A stretch of 32,000 nt of DNA from Pirellula staleyi DSM 6068 (GTDB lineage: Bacteria; Planctomycetota; Planctomycetia; Pirellulales; Pirellulaceae): positions 3,630,001 to 3,662,000 of the forward strand of contig CP001848.1 in assembly GCA_000025185.1 (NCBI GenBank), written 5' to 3'. The translations under genes were made by a program, and so were the position numbers. This document shows, piece by piece, positions 26,666 through 32,000 of this stretch; positions within the stretch are counted from its first letter, which is position 1; each line of letters begins with the position of its first letter. The notes under the pieces are model-generated. The model did no database searches and had not been told where the DNA came from. It worked only from the letters and a program-made list of their open reading frames with translations.

Positions 26666-27393
26666 GACGACGACTCCGAAGGACTTTCAAACAGTCCATC
26701 GAATTGCTCCATCGCCGCCAGCACATCGCCAGGCGATGTAGCTTCGCGAAGTGCGTCGAGGAATCCGTCAGCTGAGAGCATGCGGCTGAGTCGCGCGAGG
26801 GTGTTGAGATGACCCGCGTCATCGGTCGACATGATCAGGAAGTAGATGTCGGTCAGTTGTCCACCAGCAGCACCGAACGGCAGGCCTTGGGTGGTCCGTC
26901 CCATGGCCAGGAGGGGCTGAGCCACACTCGCGGTCATCGGTCGCCGAGGGTGGAGCAGTGCCACACCGCAGTCGAGCGCCGTGGGATGCAAGATTTCGCG
27001 CTGCTCGACCGCCTCGAGCACGCGGTCGATATCCCACACCAGTCCCGTTTTGGCGACAAGATCGACCATCGATCGAATGACGCTTTTACGGGTCCGTGCG
27101 GGAAGCGGAATTGCAATCGCTTCCGGCAACAAAAGTTCGTGGATGCGGAGGGGATCTTCGTCGGTAAGAGCGCGCGAAGTACGCAGCACTTGCTCCACCT
27201 GCGCTAGATCGGCGTCGTCGGCTGCCCCGATTCGATCCTCGAGCCAGTGGTGAATTTCATCGCGCGAGAAACGCCACTCCCCACCAATACGACGACCGGG
27301 AACCTTGCCTCGATCAACGAGTTTTTGCACCTGCTGCGGTGAGAGGTGCAAATACTTCGCTAGGCTTTCGAGATCGAAGTCGCGGCGTGGCAT
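26662..27393 (-). CDS. HTH (excisionase/MerR-like) DNA-binding domain fused to PTS EIIA type-2 (PtsN-like) domain
   Basis: The track start at 27411 is TTG, so I used the ATG at 27393 (MPRRDFDLESLAKYLHLSPQQVQKLVDRGKVPGRRIGGEWRFSRDEI = HTH_17-like). The C-terminal EIIA-2 pattern is REILHPTALDCGVALLHPRR, with the putative phospho-His codon at 26950-26952. Confidence 0.8.
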   Translation of the reverse strand: MPRRDFDLESLAKYLHLSPQQVQKLVDRGKVPGRRIGGEWRFSRDEIHHWLEDRIGAADDADLAQVEQVLRTSRALTDEDPLRIHELLLPEAIAIPLPARTRKSVIRSMVDLVAKTGLVWDIDRVLEAVEQREILHPTALDCGVALLHPRRPMTASVAQPLLAMGRTTQGLPFGAAGGQLTDIYFLIMSTDDAGHLNTLARLSRMLSADGFLDALREATSPGDVLAAMEQFDGLFESPSESSS

Positions 27394-27529
27394 AAAAATG
27401 AATCCGGGCAATCCATGCTCGGTCTAGCGTCGTCCTTGAGTGTCGGGCGGTGAGAATTGTCGCGAGAAATGCCTAGGAAAGTCTAGGTCAGTTCCGCTGA
27501 AAGGGGAGTCTGGCGGTAGGCAAAAATGA

Positions 27530-28291
27530 TTACGTGGTGAGCGGTGGAGGGGAGTCGAGAAAGGCTTTCAAAAGCCTCGCTGCTGTGAGCGTGTCGTTTT
27601 CGCGGGGAATCAGCCACGCCTGCACCCGACCTCGGCGAATTACCCCTTTTTCGAGAGATTCGGCAAACAGGTCGAGCGAAAAATGAGCCCCAATCAGGAG
27701 TTCGGTCGTACTTGGGTCGATCCGTGTGAGATGAGCTTTCGCCACATCCGCAGGCTGTGCGAGTTGTAGGTAGCTGACACCGGCATGCAGTTCAGGTCGG
27801 CAGAGGAGCCCAGCCGTTCGCTCGGGAATGAGGGCCGTGGTGGCTGGATTCAGGCCACGGAACTCGCCGTCGGGGCCGCTCGTCAGGACTTCGCCAATCG
27901 GCAGATCACTGAGCAAATTGCAGCGGGGATCGCTCGCCAAGAGCCAAGTTTCGATTGAGAGCATCAATTCAACGCCGCCAGCTTGGGTCTCTGGATCGGT
28001 CGACATCCGCCAGTAGATTTCGGGTCGGACTGTTAGCGGAGCGGTGCTGATGAAACTCGCCACTAGGTCGCTTCCTCGTTCATACACCTCGGCCAGTGGC
28101 GGGCGATGCGATGTGCCAGCCGACGACAAGGCGAGTGCAATCGGCGAGAGACCGGTGATGTGTTCACCATCCCACGCTAGCAGCACACCTTTCCAGGGGT
28201 GAGAAGGGCGGATGGCGAGTGTTGCGCGGCCGAGCTGCGCGACACGCATCGAATCGTCGGGGGTGATTGCTGCTGGAGGTGTTGCCGACAT
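27530..28291 (-). CDS. Hypothetical protein
   Basis: The track ORF is 27530..28306 with a TTG start, and an ATG at 28291 gives MSATPPAAITPDD... About 253 aa with coding-like composition. I recognise no motif. It is on the same strand as, and 118 nt upstream of, the HTH-EIIA gene. Confidence 0.55.
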   Translation of the reverse strand: MSATPPAAITPDDSMRVAQLGRATLAIRPSHPWKGVLLAWDGEHITGLSPIALALSSAGTSHRPPLAEVYERGSDLVASFISTAPLTVRPEIYWRMSTDPETQAGGVELMLSIETWLLASDPRCNLLSDLPIGEVLTSGPDGEFRGLNPATTALIPERTAGLLCRPELHAGVSYLQLAQPADVAKAHLTRIDPSTTELLIGAHFSLDLFAESLEKGVIRRGRVQAWLIPRENDTLTAARLLKAFLDSPPPLTT

Positions 28292-28462
28292 GGATCGCTC
28301 GATCAAAGAATCGAAAGGGGAGTTCGCGAGTTTTCGTGGCCAGTAGTCAGAAACTCACTCGACGCATCAGTATAACGCGCTCGCGTTTCGCGCGTTGCCT
28401 GTGCGATGCTTGGCCTAACACCAGAGTTGCTTGGAAAGCTGTATAAGTTCGGCCAAGAAACG

Positions 28463-28500
28463 AAAAAACCCCGCTATCAGTTCGAAAACTAACAGCGGGG
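28463..28500 (-). terminator. Strong intrinsic terminator (minus strand)
   Basis: Minus strand reads CCCCGCUGUUAGUU-UUCG-AACUGAUAGCGGGG followed by UUUUUU. This is a 14-bp stem with a UUCG tetraloop. The two non-Watson-Crick positions are G-U wobbles on the minus-strand RNA but A-C mismatches on the plus-strand RNA, so the structure is strand-specific. Confidence 0.7.
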
Positions 28501-28586
28501 CCGGAACAGAGAAGAGGCCGAATGACTTTTACAAGCCGGTATAAAAAGATGATGCCGAATATCCGAAAACTGGCTCTCTCTCGTCT
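28463..28586 (-). ncRNA. Candidate small RNA (about 124 nt) between an orphan promoter and the terminator
   Basis: A sigma70-like promoter on the minus strand reads TGGACA (28620-28615), 16 nt, TG-a-TATGAT (28601-28593). The predicted TSS is near 28586 and the terminator ends at 28463. There is no ATG downstream of the predicted TSS. The transcript has a purine-rich 5' end (GAGAGACGAGAGAGAG) and a pyrimidine stretch (CCUCUUCUCUG) before the terminator. Confidence 0.4.
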
Positions 28587-28641
28587 CTCCGCATCATATC
28601 AGGAGCAGAAACTGTGTCCACAGAAATCGTGAGAAAAGTGT

Positions 28642-28658
28642 GAATCTTCCCAAGATTC
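28642..28658. promoter_or_regulatory. 7-3-7 inverted repeat between divergent promoters
   Basis: gaatctt-ccc-aagattc is a perfect inverted repeat. It lies between the minus-strand promoter (28593-28620) and the plus-strand promoter (28703-28730). It is a candidate operator. Confidence 0.3.
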
Positions 28659-28702
28659 GACGAACGACAAAATGTGGACCAAACTGGCTCTGCTGCCGCT
28701 AG

Positions 28703-28730
28703 TTGAGGGAGTTGCACTCGGCTCTATAAT
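28703..28730 (+). promoter_or_regulatory. Sigma70-like promoter for the IMPase/SuhB-like gene
   Basis: TTGAGG (28703-28708), 16 nt, TATAAT (28725-28730). It lies about 50 nt upstream of the ATG at 28781. Confidence 0.45.
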
Positions 28731-28780
28731 CATCGGCCGATTCACCCCCATTTTCGTCACTCTTTTTCGGGTAACTCGTA

Positions 28781-29581
28781 ATGGCCGATTTTCTGACCGT
28801 CTGCGAAGCAGCAGCCCGCGCTGGCGGTCGTGTGTTGCTCGATTGGCAACATCGATTTACCCCCAAAGAAAAGTCGCCTCGCGACCTTGTGACCCAAGCC
28901 GATTTGGAATCGCAGCGGGCAATTCGTAAGGTGATTTTGACTGCCTTTCCCGATCATGACTTCCTGGGTGAAGAAGACGCCGGACTGGCCGCCGAAGGGG
29001 ATGCATCGGCGCGTAATCCCGATTCTCCCTTCCGCTGGATTGTCGACCCACTCGATGGCACAGCCAACTACGTCCATCGGCTCCAGACATTCGCCGTTTC
29101 GATCGCACTCACCTTTCATGGCGAGTTAATCGTCGGCTGCGTGCTGGATCCTGTGTCGAACGAATGCTACCTCGCCGCTCGTGGACAAGGGGCAACGCTC
29201 AACGGAAATCGCATTGAGTCAAGTATTTGCGTCGACCCCGGCCAAGCCATGGTGGCGGTCAGTTTCTCTCCGAACGTGCACCGCGAATCGATCGAGATCA
29301 GCCGATTTGTGGAAACCCTCGACGCTTGCCAGTCGGTCCGTCGGCTCGGGTCGGCTGCACTCAACCTTGCCTACGTCGCCGCCGGTCGACTCGATTGCTA
29401 CTTCACCACGAGTGTTAATGCGTGGGATGTTGCCGCTGGCTTTCTCCTGGTGGAGGAAGCGGGGGGAATAATTTGCGGCCTCGAAGGCGAAAAAGTATCA
29501 CTGGATCGTCCGCACTTCATCGCCAGTTCGACAGCCGAACTATCGGCCGCGATGCGGGGGGTGCTAGCGCGTGCTACCTAG
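28781..29581 (+). CDS. suhB: Inositol monophosphatase family protein (SuhB-like)
   Basis: 266 aa. IMPase motifs are present: DFLGEE, WIVDPLDGTANYVH and NAWDVAAG. Confidence 0.9.
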   Translation: MADFLTVCEAAARAGGRVLLDWQHRFTPKEKSPRDLVTQADLESQRAIRKVILTAFPDHDFLGEEDAGLAAEGDASARNPDSPFRWIVDPLDGTANYVHRLQTFAVSIALTFHGELIVGCVLDPVSNECYLAARGQGATLNGNRIESSICVDPGQAMVAVSFSPNVHRESIEISRFVETLDACQSVRRLGSAALNLAYVAAGRLDCYFTTSVNAWDVAAGFLLVEEAGGIICGLEGEKVSLDRPHFIASSTAELSAAMRGVLARAT

Positions 29582-29840
29582 ATCCGTGAATGAAGCGTAG
29601 CCGCTCGATCTAAAGTCAGTTGCTACAAGGGAATGCGAGTGAAGAAAAGGTGATCCACAGGGCCGGATTTCTGCTCGCAATCGCACCGAAAACGCCTATA
29701 TTCAGGTGTTAGAAAAAAACTGACAATTCTGCGTGCCGCTAACAAGCTGGTCGCAGCGAAGGGTGATGATGGTTTCCGCAAGAATGGGATGCTGATGAAT
29801 GCGGCTTTTGTGTCCGTTTGAATTCGAGGCTGTCGGACCG

Positions 29841-32000
29841 ATGTTGACCCTGCGCTGGTTGGCTAGTCTGATTTTCTGCGCGGCAATGCTGGCATTTGTT
29901 CCTCCTGCAGCCCTGGCCGACGAAGCTCACGCAGCTAAGACGGAAAACGAATATCGAACCGAGATCGTTCCGCTGATCAAAAAGTTCTGCATCGAATGCC
30001 ATGCCACCGGCAACGCGGAAGCAGAAGTCGCACTCGATCGTTACAAGACCACGCAAATGATCGTTAACGATCAAAAGACGTGGCAGCATATCGTGACGAT
30101 GATCAAAAGCGGCGCGATGCCGCCCGAAGATTCACCACAGCCTTCGTCGGCCGAGCGGACGCGTCTTGTCCAGTGGCTCGAGCAAACGATGTACTACGTC
30201 GATTGCACCGGGGCTCCCGATCCGGGGCGCGTTACGATTCGCCGCCTCAATCGCGCGGAGTACAACAACACCATTCGCGACATGCTCGGTGTAACGTTCA
30301 AGCCCGCCGATGATTTCCCCTCCGACGACGTGGGAAGCGGATTCGATAACATCGGCGATGTCCTTTCGTTGCCACCGCTGCTGATGGAAAAGTATCTCGC
30401 CGCTGCTGAGCAGATTGCCACGAGTGTGATCGTCGACGATCCCATGAAACTCGTCGGCACCATCACGCTGCAAGGTAATAAACTCGAAGGGCGTGGCGCG
30501 GCCAAACTCGATACTCGCACCAATCGCTGGGGTATGCCGTCGGCCGGTGGAGTCGGTGCAAAGTTCACCATCGAACAACCAGGAAACTACGTCGTTCGCA
30601 TCGTTGCAACCGCCACCGAAGCGGGCAACGAGCCAGCCAAACTATTGGTGCGTGTCGACAAACGTAGCGAAGAAATCAGTGTCCGGTCGCGTGGCGGCCG
30701 ACGTACGCCGATGGAAATTCGCACTCGACTTGCTGCGGGCGAACATTTCGTTTCGGCCGAATTCATCAACGATTTTTACGATCCTGATGCAAAAGACCCG
30801 ACCAAACGCGATCGTAATGTCACCCTCGAAACAATCGAAGTTGCAGGTCCCCTCGAGATCAAGCCCGATCAATATCCTGTGGCCCATCGCAAGTTGATTA
30901 CGGCCACACCTTCGTCGACAACCACCGTACTCGATGCGGCACAAACTAGTTTGCGCCCCTTTGTGAATCGCGCCTTTCGCCGGCGTGTGAACGAAGATGA
31001 AATTCGCAAGTATGCCCAGTTGGTCGATGCCAGCGTGCGTGATGGCGACAACTACGAACAAGGGATGCAGGTGGCTGTGATCGCCGTCCTCTGCTCTCCC
31101 CATTTTTTGTTTCGGATCGAACAAGATCCCAATCCCAACGATCCCAAGAACGCCCATCTCGTCGGCGACTACGAGCTTGCTACGCGGCTGTCGTATTTTC
31201 TATGGAGCAGCTTGCCCGATAACGAGCTTTTTTTGCTGGCTACCTCGGGAAAACTTCGCGAAGAGCAAACCCTCCGCGAGCAAGTCAAGCGGATGCTCGC
31301 CGACGATCGTTCGCAGGCACTGGCCGACAACTTTGCCAGTCAGTGGCTGAATTTGCGTTTGCTCGATTCGGCCTCTCCTGATCCTGGCGAGTTCAAAGAC
31401 TTTAGTCCCGAACTAAAATCCGACATGCAGCGAGAAACGCTCGCCTTCTTCATGTCGGTGGTGAAAGAAGATCGCAGCGTTCTCGACTTTATCGACGGTA
31501 AGTTCTCGTTCCTCAACGAGCGTCTTGCAAAGCATTACGGCATCAAAGATGTCAGTGGCGACGAGTTCCAGCTGGTGAGTCTCAGCGGAACCAATCGTGG
31601 CGGAGTGCTCACGCATGCCAGCATCCTCACGCTTACGAGTAACCCCGAACGAACGTCGCCGGTGAAGCGAGGGAAGTGGATTCTCGACAACATGCTAGGG
31701 GCTCCACCGCCGGAACCACCTGCCGATGTGCCGCAACTCGATGCGACCCAGAAAGCCCAACCGGGACTCTCGCTCCGAAAACAGCTGGAAATACATCGCG
31801 AAAACGCCGTTTGTGCATCGTGTCATCGCACCATGGACGCACTTGGTTTTGGTCTCGAAAACTTCGATGCCATTGGCAAGTTTCGCGAGAAAGAAAAAGG
31901 ACAGGCGATCGACTCTTCCGGCACATTGCCTGAGGGAGAGTCGTTCCAAGGGCCCGTGGAACTTGCGAAAGTTCTGCGTGGCAAACCGAATGAATTTACC
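29841..32000 (+). CDS. Planctomycete-type heme-binding multi-DUF protein (DUF1587/DUF1595/DUF1592/DUF1588/DUF1585 architecture), 3'-truncated by window
   Basis: The frame stays open from the ATG at 29841 to the window end (alternative ATG at 29799), so it is absent from the ORF track. It has a signal peptide MLTLRWLASLIFCAAMLAFVPPAALA and a heme motif CIECH. Family hallmarks are present: RRLNRAEYNNTIRDMLG, YFLWSSLPDNELF, SNPERTSPVKRGKWILDNMLG and CASCHRTMDALGFGLENFDAIGKFR. Confidence 0.9.
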   Translation, partial: MLTLRWLASLIFCAAMLAFVPPAALADEAHAAKTENEYRTEIVPLIKKFCIECHATGNAEAEVALDRYKTTQMIVNDQKTWQHIVTMIKSGAMPPEDSPQPSSAERTRLVQWLEQTMYYVDCTGAPDPGRVTIRRLNRAEYNNTIRDMLGVTFKPADDFPSDDVGSGFDNIGDVLSLPPLLMEKYLAAAEQIATSVIVDDPMKLVGTITLQGNKLEGRGAAKLDTRTNRWGMPSAGGVGAKFTIEQPGNYVVRIVATATEAGNEPAKLLVRVDKRSEEISVRSRGGRRTPMEIRTRLAAGEHFVSAEFINDFYDPDAKDPTKRDRNVTLETIEVAGPLEIKPDQYPVAHRKLITATPSSTTTVLDAAQTSLRPFVNRAFRRRVNEDEIRKYAQLVDASVRDGDNYEQGMQVAVIAVLCSPHFLFRIEQDPNPNDPKNAHLVGDYELATRLSYFLWSSLPDNELFLLATSGKLREEQTLREQVKRMLADDRSQALADNFASQWLNLRLLDSASPDPGEFKDFSPELKSDMQRETLAFFMSVVKEDRSVLDFIDGKFSFLNERLAKHYGIKDVSGDEFQLVSLSGTNRGGVLTHASILTLTSNPERTSPVKRGKWILDNMLGAPPPEPPADVPQLDATQKAQPGLSLRKQLEIHRENAVCASCHRTMDALGFGLENFDAIGKFREKEKGQAIDSSGTLPEGESFQGPVELAKVLRGKPNEFT

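Noticed and set aside
28529-28717. 62-aa minus-strand ORF (MQLPQLAAAEPVW...) ending 29 nt before the strong terminator
   Set aside because: It has no SD and no protein-like features. Its internal ATGATG lies inside the predicted -10 element. I favour a non-coding RNA, but a small protein is not excluded without ribosome profiling.
29739-30089. 116-aa minus-strand ORF
   Set aside because: It overlaps the N-terminus of the plus-strand DUF1592-type gene, which has a signal peptide and a CxxCH motif. This is a shadow ORF.
1-32000. Search for tRNA, rRNA, tmRNA, RNase P, SRP RNA, CRISPR arrays, IS elements, integrases, or toxin-antitoxin and defence gene pairs
   Set aside because: I saw no T-loop GGTTCGAATCC-type sequence in the intergenic gaps and no regularly spaced repeats. 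I saw no transposase or integrase motifs and no terminal inverted repeats flanking any segment. Gene content is housekeeping plus envelope and regulatory genes.

Overview
This 32 kb window is mostly ordinary chromosomal housekeeping sequence, about 55-60% GC by eye. It is very likely from a member of Planctomycetota (Pirellula/Rhodopirellula-like). Three things support that: a 3'-truncated heme-binding multi-DUF protein of the DUF1587/DUF1592/DUF1588/DUF1585 type at the right edge, a Tat-exported Gfo/Idh/MocA oxidoreductase, and an HTH-PTS-EIIA fusion protein.

Genes I can support:
- VOC-fold gene tail
- pstS-pstC-pstA-pstB (minus strand, no phoU)
- YbgC-type thioesterase
- ftsK
- truB
- an orphan MmgE/PrpD-family gene
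- hemB and hemL
- a small secreted repeat protein
- guaA
- surE
- a Pro-rich lipoprotein
- a Gly/Tyr/Pro-rich secreted protein
- a stand-alone exported C39 peptidase, 4 nt downstream of an outer-membrane beta-barrel gene
- an App1/DUF2183-like phosphatase
- an RluA-family pseudouridine synthase
- a Gfo/Idh/MocA oxidoreductase
- a small Cys4 protein
- a translationally coupled run: hypothetical / HTH-EIIA / hypothetical / PfkB kinase
- an IMPase/SuhB-like gene
- the DUF1592-type protein

I found no rRNA, tRNA, CRISPR array, IS element or integrase.

Most interesting observations:
1. The OM-barrel plus periplasmic C39 peptidase pair (18510-20802) has a FapF/FapD-like architecture. No ABC exporter is present. 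Two unusual secreted low-complexity or repeat proteins lie nearby and could be substrates.
2. The HTH-EIIA / tandem receiver-like / PfkB set is linked by overlapping stop and start codons.
3. An orphan sigma70-like promoter plus a strong UUCG-loop intrinsic terminator bracket about 124 nt with no ORF (28463-28586, minus strand). This is a candidate sRNA.
4. A 540 bp non-coding leader carries a perfect 16-bp palindrome and a 9-bp long-range inverted repeat.

All functional calls rest on motif recognition by eye. No alignments or database searches were run.
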